A stretch of DNA of 32,000 nt from an uncultured archaeon. GTDB taxonomy: Archaea; Iainarchaeota; Iainarchaeia; Iainarchaeales; 0-14-0-20-30-16. Location: the NCBI GenBank assembly GCA_964480435.1, contig CAYZSS010000005.1, positions 12,480 to 44,479 on the forward strand, written 5' to 3'. The notes below the pieces were generated by a model, which saw nothing but the letters and a program-made list of their open reading frames with translations, made no database searches and was not told the DNA's origin. The stretch's first letter is position 1. Each line of letters opens with the position of its first letter. A program made the translations under genes and the position numbers. Shown one piece after another: positions 17,417-25,064 of this stretch.

Positions 17417-18007
17417 ATGAAAACACTAATTTATTCTTTTGAAAAATTTCATAATTTAAAGAGCAATCCTGCTTATGATGTCTCAAAAGAAATCACCGAA
17501 AAGTTTAATTCTAAAGAAGTTAAATTAGTTCAATTACCTGTTACTTTTGATTGTTGGGATATTTTAGAAACTGAACTAAATTCCTTTAAACCGGATTTCA
17601 TTCTTGGTATCGGGGTTGCAATGGGCGGAATAAGAGTAAGATTAGAAAAAATTGGGTTAAATTACAAACATGCAGATATTCTTGATAATAAAGGAGTAAA
17701 GTTTACTTTAGAGAAAATTAATCCCAAAGAAAAATTAGCATATGAAACAGAGGTTGATGTTCTAAAGTTTTCTGAATCTTTAAAGAGTAAGGGGATCCCT
17801 AATGAAATTTCTTTTTGTGCAGGGACATATATCTGTAATTATGCTTATTACAATTGCCTACATTATGTCAATAACAAAAAGATTAAAACCTTGTTTTTGC
17901 ATGTGCCGTCATCACCAAAAGAAGCAATTGAACTTAATTTAAATATTTCTGTTTTTCCAACAGCTCTAATTGCAAATGCTCTCTATGAAATCTTAAAAAC
18001 AATGTAG
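17417..18007 (+). CDS. pcp: pyroglutamyl-peptidase I (pyrrolidone-carboxylate peptidase, C15)
   Basis: Catalytic triad contexts are conserved: Glu in RLEKIGLN, Cys in FCAGTYICNY, His in LFLHVP. Length of 196 aa is typical. A TATA-like AAGTTATATATTA lies ~27 nt upstream of the ATG. Confidence 0.85.
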   Translation: MKTLIYSFEKFHNLKSNPAYDVSKEITEKFNSKEVKLVQLPVTFDCWDILETELNSFKPDFILGIGVAMGGIRVRLEKIGLNYKHADILDNKGVKFTLEKINPKEKLAYETEVDVLKFSESLKSKGIPNEISFCAGTYICNYAYYNCLHYVNNKKIKTLFLHVPSSPKEAIELNLNISVFPTALIANALYEILKTM

Positions 18008-18009
18008 TC

Positions 18010-19323
18010 TTATTTGGGTCTATGTAAGGTTCTATTTCTAATAGTCTCCAAAAACTTTCTTTTTTGTAATTCAATTTCCCTTTCTGGTTTAAAAGAGTCT
18101 CTTGTTGCGTCATAAACTGGTTTGGATAAATTAGTAGTAACAAGTCTATTCTCTTTTTCAATATGTTTTGTTTCGTAGTATTTTGAATAAGGCAAATACT
18201 CAGGTGATAACCAATCGTCATGGAAAGTGGCATAAAAATCAGTAAGGCTAAGCAAAGCCAAAAGTTTACCTCGTTCTAAACGTCCTTTTAATGTATCATG
18301 GGAGGAAGAGAAGTAGTTTAACATTTTTCTTCTTACTCCAATAATTGCCATTTGGCTAACCCCATACTTTTCACTTAGAATGACCCCATTTTCCCCGTCT
18401 ATAATTTCTTTTGCAATGTTAGCAAACAATGTTTTATTACCTATTTCCCAGTCATTTTTCAATTGTAATTCCAAGAAGCCAATACATATATCTCTTGCTC
18501 GTTTTTTTGCAACCCGCTTTCTTCTTAGTTTATTATTTCTATCTTGATTTTCTTTGGCATATTCTTTATCTCTTAATTTCTGTTTATTTGATCTATTATC
18601 TGATTTTCGGGGACCAGTATCAAGCCAGGCAGAGTATTTTTCAAGACAACCCGAAACACCAAATTTTTCTACCAGATATGCAGGAAAAATTGCCTTAAAC
18701 AAATCTCTCGCTCTGGGTTTGTTTCCTGTTATTGTTGCCCACTCTTGTTCTGCGCTAGTTAAATCACCTTTATTTCTCTCAACAATAGCTTTTAATTTTT
18801 CAAATGTTTCTTTACTAATATATTGTGCATATTTAGTTTTTCCTGTTGTGCTTTTTCCCCGCCCAGTTAGTGCACGCAAAGTTTTTTCTGTTTTAGATAA
18901 TTTCCCTAAACCCTCTGCGCGCAATCTTTTCATAAGAGTCATATATGGAATTCCTGCCATTCGAGCTGCGTCTTTGTAAAGTATCCCAGGGTTTTCTTCA
19001 ATTACTCTTCTTGCTTCTTCAAAAAGTCTATCTGCTCTAAAATATCTATTTGTTTTTATATACTCTTCAGCAAGTGTTGCCGGGTTTGCTCCGGTTAATA
19101 ACTTTTCTCTGGGGAATACTACTCTTAATAAATGTACAATTGCCTGAGGGAGAATAATTTTTCGTAATCTCAAGAATTTTTCAGCAACCTGGGCCGCAAT
19201 AAAATTATAGCCCTGAATTTCTATGGCTTCAGTAACAAGTGTTGCTAAAGTTCTAATATCTTCTGCCTCGATTTGTTGCTTTCTTCCTTGCGTTTTTGGT
19301 ATTTCTTCTTTTTCTTCCACCAT
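18010..19323 (-). CDS. hypothetical Arg-rich protein with several HTH modules (psq/homeodomain-like)
   Basis: Long ORF. HTH-like segments are NPGILYKDAARMAGIPYMTLMKRLRAEGL (psq-like pattern AA..GIP..TL..R) and NGVILSEKYGVSQMAIIGVRRKML. A basic stretch reads KLRRKRVAKKRARD. The ORF-track start at 19329 is TTG and the ATG is at 19323. Confidence 0.65.
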   Translation of the reverse strand: MVEEKEEIPKTQGRKQQIEAEDIRTLATLVTEAIEIQGYNFIAAQVAEKFLRLRKIILPQAIVHLLRVVFPREKLLTGANPATLAEEYIKTNRYFRADRLFEEARRVIEENPGILYKDAARMAGIPYMTLMKRLRAEGLGKLSKTEKTLRALTGRGKSTTGKTKYAQYISKETFEKLKAIVERNKGDLTSAEQEWATITGNKPRARDLFKAIFPAYLVEKFGVSGCLEKYSAWLDTGPRKSDNRSNKQKLRDKEYAKENQDRNNKLRRKRVAKKRARDICIGFLELQLKNDWEIGNKTLFANIAKEIIDGENGVILSEKYGVSQMAIIGVRRKMLNYFSSSHDTLKGRLERGKLLALLSLTDFYATFHDDWLSPEYLPYSKYYETKHIEKENRLVTTNLSKPVYDATRDSFKPEREIELQKRKFLETIRNRTLHRPK

Positions 19324-19376
19324 ATACAACTAAATAAAGAGAATTATATATGCTTTTTCGTTCTTATTATACTTAT
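19324..19376. promoter_or_regulatory. 53-nt divergent intergenic region with one central TATA-like element
   Basis: TTATATAT at 19344-19351 lies ~25 nt from the ATG at 19323 (minus) and ~30 nt from the ATG at 19377 (plus). This is compatible with two leaderless divergent transcripts. Confidence 0.35.
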
Positions 19377-20561
19377 ATGGTAATTTATTCTTATTCTAAA
19401 ATTAATACCTTCAAGTCTTGCCCACTCAAATTTAAGTTTAATTATCTCGATAAACTACAAAAGGATTTTACTAATTCCATAGAGGCAATAATGGGGACAG
19501 CGGTTCACGAAACTCTGGAAAAACTTTATAAGGATTTACAGCATGGAAAGGAGAACTCCTTGAAATCCTTACTTGATTTTTATAAAAAAGAATGGGATAA
19601 GAGAATAGATAAAGATGTTAAAATTGTAAAGCAAGAGTATAATGAAAAAAACTATTTCCAAAAAGGGAAGAAGCATATTTCTGATTACTATGCAAGTTAT
19701 ACTCCTTTTGATCAGGATTATACTGTTGGTCTAGAACAGCAGATAAGTCTTACTATTGAAGGTTATAGTCTTACAGGTTATATTGATAGACTAGCTCTAA
19801 AGAAAGACGGGGCATATGTAATACACGATTACAAAACATCCGGAACCCTGCCTACTACCAATAATATCGAAGACGATAAACAGCTTGCTCTTTACTCAAT
19901 GGCAATAAAGGAAAAATACCCAGATGCCCATAAAATTGAGTTAGTTTGGCACTACCTAGCTTTTGGAAAAGAGATAAGAATAACTAAAACCGATGAAAGT
20001 CTTACGGAAATAAAAAAAGATATTGCTAAGTGGATTGAAAAAATAGAATCGGAAAAAGAATTTGGACCTAAAGAATCGGCTCTTTGTGATTGGTGTGAGT
20101 ATGCTTCAAAGTGTCCAAAGAGAAAGCACCTTTTTGAGACAAAACAGATGAACCTAGAGACCTTTTCTAGTGACTTAGGAGTTAAGTTGGTGGATAAGTA
20201 TACTGAACTCTCAATACTTAAAAGTCATATTGCAGAGCAGATTAATGGGGTAGAGCAAGAACTTGAGAAATATGCAGACAGGGAAAAAATAGATAATATT
20301 AATGGCACTAACTCTGTTCTAAAAATAAGCACAGACGAAAGCCTAAAGCTTCCCTCAAAGACAAGTAAAGAGTATAAAGAGCTAAAAGAAGATATAATTA
20401 AGAGAGGGTTCTTAGAGCTTATTGATATAAATGGGTATTATGTAGACAAAAACTTAGAGAAACTTCCTGATGACCTGAAAGCAAAGATTCAGCAGGAGGC
20501 CACAAAGAGAGAAAGCAAAAGATTTAGAGTTGTCCATAACTCCGGTTCATTAATTGAGTGA
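19377..20561 (+). CDS. PD-(D/E)XK nuclease, Cas4/RecB-like with Fe-S cysteine cluster and ~150-aa C-terminal extension
   Basis: N-terminal YSYSKINTFKSCPLKFKFNYL (first Cys), GYIDRLALKKDGAYVIHDYKTSG (D...D/E-x-K core), QLALYSMA (QxxxY) and CDWCEYASKCPKR (CX2CX5C). An alternative ATG at 19350 sits inside the TATA-like element, so 19377 is preferred. Confidence 0.8.
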   Translation: MVIYSYSKINTFKSCPLKFKFNYLDKLQKDFTNSIEAIMGTAVHETLEKLYKDLQHGKENSLKSLLDFYKKEWDKRIDKDVKIVKQEYNEKNYFQKGKKHISDYYASYTPFDQDYTVGLEQQISLTIEGYSLTGYIDRLALKKDGAYVIHDYKTSGTLPTTNNIEDDKQLALYSMAIKEKYPDAHKIELVWHYLAFGKEIRITKTDESLTEIKKDIAKWIEKIESEKEFGPKESALCDWCEYASKCPKRKHLFETKQMNLETFSSDLGVKLVDKYTELSILKSHIAEQINGVEQELEKYADREKIDNINGTNSVLKISTDESLKLPSKTSKEYKELKEDIIKRGFLELIDINGYYVDKNLEKLPDDLKAKIQQEATKRESKRFRVVHNSGSLIE

Positions 20562-20603
20562 CAAAGGAATAGATTTATAAATACTATCTCATTACTGTTA
20601 TAT

Positions 20604-21140
20604 ATGGTTAAATTAAATAACTTAGTATTTATCTTAATTGGACTTATTTTGGTTGGGTCTTTTGCATTCGCTTTTAACCCTATCCAGAAAAGTGCACTAA
20701 ATTCAGTATTTCTTGGAAACGTGAAAAATACTCTTAAACCTGTAACTTATTCTTTCGTATTAGATGGTCCTATGGATACCTATACCTTTCCAAATGGAAT
20801 AAAGATAAGATGGTACAATACTCAAGTTTGCCCTAATGATCCCACCCATGTGTGGTGTAATGAAGTATTAAACTTTGTATTTTATAACAATAACACTAAT
20901 AAGACGTACCCTTTCCCATATGCCCCAATGGGTAATGATTATTTTTTCCAGGCAGAAAATGGACAAAGCACTGTATTTAATCTAAATTACTGGGGATTAC
21001 AAAATAAAGATTACTTTTTCTTAAATCATCATTTTAAAGTAACTATTGATATGGCTGTTGATTATGAAAATAATTGCCCAGTTATTACAGAATGTGATTT
21101 TAGCAATGTTAAAGCAAATTTAACTGTAGAGGTCTGGTGA
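20604..21140 (+). CDS. secreted or N-terminally anchored hypothetical protein
   Basis: N-terminal hydrophobic segment LVFILIGLILVGSFAFAF, four Cys, and several N-x-S/T sequons (NNT, NKT, NLT). Aromatic-rich. The stop lies 4 nt before the next ATG. Confidence 0.6.
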   Translation: MVKLNNLVFILIGLILVGSFAFAFNPIQKSALNSVFLGNVKNTLKPVTYSFVLDGPMDTYTFPNGIKIRWYNTQVCPNDPTHVWCNEVLNFVFYNNNTNKTYPFPYAPMGNDYFFQAENGQSTVFNLNYWGLQNKDYFFLNHHFKVTIDMAVDYENNCPVITECDFSNVKANLTVEVW

Positions 21141-21144
21141 TTAA

Positions 21145-21528
21145 ATGAAGAATTTATTTGTTTACGTATTATCAATAATTTTAGTGGCTTTAGTAATACC
21201 TGCTGGTTTTTCCTATGTGTATTACCCTAGTACTTATGCTTATCCTACTTATACTAGCTATAGTTACTCAAATACATATACTACAAATACCTATACTGAA
21301 GCATACTCTGGACATCCAAGCAATTACTACTACGGATATTATCCAACAACTTATCAACCAGCACAAGCATACTATGTGCCAGTAGTTAACTACTCCCCAG
21401 TATATACATTCCCATTCACCTATTATGTGAATAGTTATGTAAATGGAGTACCAGTAAATCAAGCATATGGTTACAATAACTACGTTGGATATAACAACGG
21501 ATATGTATCAGCATATTATACCTGGTAG
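21145..21528 (+). CDS. secreted tyrosine-rich low-complexity protein
   Basis: Signal/anchor MKNLFVYVLSIILVALVIPAGFS is followed by ~100 aa of Y/T/N/P/S/V/G-rich sequence. By hand count there are 32 Tyr in 127 aa. The mature part has no Lys, Arg or Asp and only one Glu and one His. Confidence 0.6.
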   Translation: MKNLFVYVLSIILVALVIPAGFSYVYYPSTYAYPTYTSYSYSNTYTTNTYTEAYSGHPSNYYYGYYPTTYQPAQAYYVPVVNYSPVYTFPFTYYVNSYVNGVPVNQAYGYNNYVGYNNGYVSAYYTW

Positions 21529-21544
21529 TTAAGAAACCAAACCC

Positions 21545-21558
21545 TTTTTTTTTCTTTT
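21545..21558 (+). terminator. oligo-T terminator after the Tyr-rich gene
   Basis: T9 run (21545-21553) followed by CTTTT, 17 nt after the stop. A nearby hairpin TGATTTAG/CTAAATCA (21595-21618) covers the stop of the convergent gene. Confidence 0.4.
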
Positions 21559-21610
21559 AATTTTGCACAATAAAATTACTTCTGGGTACTGAAGTGATTT
21601 AGTTTTTTTA

Positions 21611-21805
21611 CTAAATCATTTTCTTGGCCATTTTCTTTGCTTTTCTTAAGCAGTTTTTATGCCAATATTGGCCCATCCACTTAGTTTCTATATTGCCTTG
21701 ATTACACAAAGCACATACTTCCAAGTCTTTCTTTGTTGCTTTTACTTGATCTTCTTCTTTCTCAACAGTTGGAATCATTTTCTTAAAGAAATTTCCTATA
21801 CCCAT
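21611..21805 (-). CDS. small C2HC zinc-finger-like protein (64 aa)
   Basis: CALCNQGNIETKWMGQYWHKNC (CxxC-x13-HxxC) is followed by a basic tail KAKKMAKKMI. Has an ATG start. Last gene of a same-strand cluster. Confidence 0.45.
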   Translation of the reverse strand: MGIGNFFKKMIPTVEKEEDQVKATKKDLEVCALCNQGNIETKWMGQYWHKNCLRKAKKMAKKMI

Positions 21806-21901
21806 AAAATCACGCCCTTATATTTTACTGAGTAGTGTTATGATTTTTGTGTTTAAACAATAAACCACTAACTCACCCATACTTTCACCTTTATTTTATT
21901 T

Positions 21902-22648
21902 CTACTGGATCGCAGCAGTAAGTTCTTTTGTATGTTTTTTGGCAAAATCTGATGCCCAAATCAAATACTCATCGAAAGACTTTCCTTTCTTAACATACTC
22001 CTTATATTTGCCTTCAAAGCAGTCCATTATTGTTTTTCTACCTATCTTTACTGTATAAAATGGCGGTTCGGTTCTATGCCAATAAGGCAAAATCTTTCTA
22101 AACTCTTTTCCATTTAGTATAACTGGTGCCAAAATCTCTGACAAGGCCCATTCAATATGTGGTCTTTCATAATGTGATTTTGGAATTTTAGGAAATAATT
22201 CTTTTAACTTTTTAAAATATAGAAGATGCGTTATTTCATGCGCAGCTACTTTATGAACCCCCCATTTAGGCATATTCCAGTTAATAAAAAAAGACTTTTC
22301 ATCTAAATCTCTTGGAAAAACAAGGGTAAGTGATGAGTAACAGACAATATTTTTTGGCTTTGTGAACCAAGAAGTATTTATAGTTTCAGATAATTTTTCC
22401 ATAAACTCTTTTTCAATAGCGCCCCAGTCTTTAGAATATCTTTTCATATTAATCTGGGCTTGTTTTTTGTTTTGCTTCCAAAGAGCAATTACCAAAGATT
22501 TTATTGGTAAATTTTTGTTTTTAAGAGAAGGATATGTTCTTAAAAAAGAATTTCTAAAATAATCGCATTTGTGGTTTATAAAATGTTTTAGTAGTTCTAC
22601 TTCTTCACTTATTGGAGAAAGCTTAAATTTTACTTTTGGATAATGCAT
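21902..22648 (-). CDS. hypothetical cytoplasmic HExxH protein (putative gluzincin-type metallopeptidase)
   Basis: AAHEITHLLYF carries HExxH, with a possible third ligand Glu about 30 residues downstream (HIEWALSEILAP). No signal peptide. GGTGA lies 7 nt upstream of the ATG, and there is a 26-nt gap to the upstream gene. Confidence 0.65.
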   Translation of the reverse strand: MHYPKVKFKLSPISEEVELLKHFINHKCDYFRNSFLRTYPSLKNKNLPIKSLVIALWKQNKKQAQINMKRYSKDWGAIEKEFMEKLSETINTSWFTKPKNIVCYSSLTLVFPRDLDEKSFFINWNMPKWGVHKVAAHEITHLLYFKKLKELFPKIPKSHYERPHIEWALSEILAPVILNGKEFRKILPYWHRTEPPFYTVKIGRKTIMDCFEGKYKEYVKKGKSFDEYLIWASDFAKKHTKELTAAIQ

Positions 22649-22674
22649 AGTACTTCACCACTTACTTACTTGTC

Positions 22675-24135
22675 TCATTTATACCAGCTTTCAATCTTAA
22701 TATTTTCATCCTCTGCCTTTTTTTTATCTTCTTTACTACTAGGAGAAAGGTATTCAAACTTTTCTTCTTTTGGTTTTTTCTTAAATAATCTGCTAAAGAA
22801 AGACTCCTTTTTTACTTTAGGGGTTTCTGGTTTTTCTTCAGCTTCTGTTTTTTGTTTAAAAGAGTCTATTTTTATTTCCTTTACAGGCTGTGAGTAAACC
22901 ATTGGTCTTGTTTTTTTGTCAGGCCCATGCGATTTCTCTAATTCAATAATTTGTTTATTTAAATAAGAAATAACATATTCTATTTTCTCATTTTCATCAT
23001 CAAAATATGCTTTGGTAACTTTTCCAGATATAAATTTCTTTTTCAGTTCTTTTTGTTTGTCTTTATAAATATCTCGTTTTGCTATTAATTCATTTATGTC
23101 AACTTTTTTATATTTTTTAACAATAACAATAATAAGTTCTATAAGAAAAATAAATCCAAAAAATGAAATAAGAAGGTAAAACCATAAGGTTGGTTTTAAT
23201 GTAACATCTAAATTTAGGCCCCCTTGATTGTTTTCGTACACAAATATTAACTCATGTTTAAATCCAAAAAAAGGGAACATGAATTTATTCAAAACATAAT
23301 AATTGCCTTTCTTTTTTATGCTCACTTCTTCATTATCAAAAATAAGTTTGGCGTAATCTTTAAAGAAAATTTCTCCATTTGAGTAATTCACCTTAAGCTG
23401 TAATGTAAATGGATTATAAACATAGCCCTCTTTATCAGGGTTGATAATATCAATATTAAGCCTATTAGTCAAATCTAAAAAATATGAATCTACAAAAGGT
23501 ATAATCCTTCCATGATAACTAAAAACACCATAAATAAGAAGAGAAGTATTTTGATCTTCCATGTAAGGGATTTCTATTTTTTTTGTGCAGTGAAATTCTT
23601 CACACAAAAAAGAGTTATTCTCCACAGATGGTTTTAGAACCCACATTTTTAGATTAGTTATATCATTTTTAGAAGCAACAAGATTATATTCTAGGGAAAT
23701 TTCCTGTCCATAGTTATATTTTGTTTTAAGTTCTTGTTTATTAATTTGTAAATAATCCTCAATTTTCTCTATGGCGTACTCAAAGTTTTTTTTTGAAAGT
23801 TCGTATCCTGATATAGTTTCAAGTCTAATGGTTAAGGTATTATTTTTTATAAGATCAGGAGTAATCATTAAATCTGGATTTGTAACATATTTTTTGTCTA
23901 ATTTTAGAAGAGAGTATTCTGTATCCCCTACAAAGATATCTATGGCATTGTTTGGTAGCTGTATATCGGCTCCATTAGAATCTGTAAAACTTATTGTTAT
24001 AGTGTTTATTTCAGTACCAATAAAAAAAGGGGGAGCACTAGGTGCTGTTGCCTTTAATTCAAGGGTTGGTGTTATAGGAAAAGAATAAACACAGGAAACC
24101 AACAAAAACAGTGATATTAGGAGACTTAATTTCAT
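22675..24135 (-). CDS. surface protein with lipobox-like signal peptide, single TM helix and Lys-rich cytoplasmic tail
   Basis: MKLSLLISLFLLVSC (L-V-S-C lipobox-like), a ~300-aa beta-rich ectodomain, TM LWFYLLISFFGFIFLIELIIVIV, and a tail with ELKKKFISGKVTKAYF. The ATG at 24135 has AAGGAG 7 nt upstream overlapping the previous gene's stop. The ORF-track start at 24177 lies inside the upstream gene. Confidence 0.65.
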   Translation of the reverse strand: MKLSLLISLFLLVSCVYSFPITPTLELKATAPSAPPFFIGTEINTITISFTDSNGADIQLPNNAIDIFVGDTEYSLLKLDKKYVTNPDLMITPDLIKNNTLTIRLETISGYELSKKNFEYAIEKIEDYLQINKQELKTKYNYGQEISLEYNLVASKNDITNLKMWVLKPSVENNSFLCEEFHCTKKIEIPYMEDQNTSLLIYGVFSYHGRIIPFVDSYFLDLTNRLNIDIINPDKEGYVYNPFTLQLKVNYSNGEIFFKDYAKLIFDNEEVSIKKKGNYYVLNKFMFPFFGFKHELIFVYENNQGGLNLDVTLKPTLWFYLLISFFGFIFLIELIIVIVKKYKKVDINELIAKRDIYKDKQKELKKKFISGKVTKAYFDDENEKIEYVISYLNKQIIELEKSHGPDKKTRPMVYSQPVKEIKIDSFKQKTEAEEKPETPKVKKESFFSRLFKKKPKEEKFEYLSPSSKEDKKKAEDENIKIESWYK

Positions 24136-24146
24136 TATTATACTCC

Positions 24147-24458
24147 TTATACCCTCTTTGTAAATTCTTTTGCACATTCAGTACAAATAAAATGCCCTTT
24201 AAACATTGTACCTTCATCTTTTTGTTGTTGACAAAATATACAGGCACTAGTTTCCATATCTCTCATTGCCCATAGTCTTAAAGTGTCCCATGTTAACCAA
24301 CTAGGCAAGATTAATTCTCTTAAAACTGATTTATCATTATCTATTATTTTTTGTTTAAACAAGCCAGGAATTTTTTTATCAATATTTTCTAACCATTTTG
24401 CTCTGTCTATTTCTCCTGTTCTTTGCATCTTTAAAATCATTGACTCAAATTCGTCCAT
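24147..24458 (-). CDS. hypothetical protein with C-terminal ClpX-type C4 zinc ribbon
   Basis: CIFCQQQKDEGTMFKGHFICTECAKEF fits the C-x-F-C ... I-C-x-x-C pattern of ClpX-type zinc fingers. Start taken at MDEFESM (ATG 24458, GGGGGA upstream). The ORF-track N-terminal extension to 24503 is hydrophobic junk. Confidence 0.55.
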   Translation of the reverse strand: MDEFESMILKMQRTGEIDRAKWLENIDKKIPGLFKQKIIDNDKSVLRELILPSWLTWDTLRLWAMRDMETSACIFCQQQKDEGTMFKGHFICTECAKEFTKRV

Positions 24459-24536
24459 AATATTCCCCCACATTACTATAAATAGATTATAATAAATGAG
24501 CAATATTTTATATAAAGCTTATTACAATAATATCAT

Positions 24537-25019
24537 ATGGTTAATGAAAGTACTGTTTATGTTAAGCGTGTTTCAGATGGAAAATATGAACTTCTATCAA
24601 AAAATCTAGATTTAGAGCAAGGTTCTTATTCAATACAGAACATAGATGGTCTCTGGATTATGAAGAAATTAGCCCAAACAAGCATGTTTAAAAATAGCGA
24701 GATTCACACTAAAGGCTTTTTTATCTTTGACGATATTACTCAAGCAAACAAATTTGCCTATAGTATACGTGAAGATATAGAGAAAGAACTAGTTAAAGGA
24801 ATCAGGGGCTTTAATAACAGATTTTATTTTTTTAGTACAAAGTATTATGAAGAACTTAAAGGAAAGATTCTTGATTTCATAGACAAAGACGGTACTAGCC
24901 CAGAAACTCTTGCTTCAAAACTAGGGATTGCTGAAGAGATTGTGCAAGGAATCATAGAACTAATGAAAGAAGACGGGCTAGTATTCGAAAGAACCAAGAA
25001 CAATTTATTTAAGATATAA
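24537..25019 (+). CDS. hypothetical protein with C-terminal winged-helix-like domain
   Basis: C-terminal SPETLASKLGIAEEIVQGIIELMKEDGLVFER is a typical wHTH pattern and the N-terminal half is beta-rich. TATA-like TTTTATATAAA lies ~26 nt upstream of the ATG. It sits 45 nt upstream of mcm. Confidence 0.6.
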   Translation: MVNESTVYVKRVSDGKYELLSKNLDLEQGSYSIQNIDGLWIMKKLAQTSMFKNSEIHTKGFFIFDDITQANKFAYSIREDIEKELVKGIRGFNNRFYFFSTKYYEELKGKILDFIDKDGTSPETLASKLGIAEEIVQGIIELMKEDGLVFERTKNNLFKI

Positions 25020-25064
25020 TCTTTACTAACTATTTACAATACTTAAGGTATAGGGGGTAGAAAC

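Noticed and set aside
21818-21880. A 20-codon minus-strand mini-ORF (MGELVVYCLNTKIITLLLSKI) with a strong AAGGTGA motif, located between the HExxH gene and the C2HC gene.
   Set aside because: It is too short to support from sequence alone, and the SD-like motif could be fortuitous. It would need conservation or ribosome profiling data.
24136-24177. An N-terminal extension of the surface protein (MCKRIYKEGIRSII-) from the ATG at 24177.
   Set aside because: It lies inside the 3' end of the upstream zinc-ribbon gene. The ATG at 24135 has an AAGGAG motif at ideal spacing and yields a clean signal peptide.
24537-25019. A guess that the 160-aa gene upstream of mcm is a Gins23-type GINS subunit. 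This rested on the gins23-mcm adjacency known in Sulfolobus and the beta-then-alpha domain order.
   Set aside because: The C-terminal part looks like a winged helix rather than a GINS A-domain, and I cannot align it to any remembered GINS sequence. It is left as a hypothesis to test, not a call.
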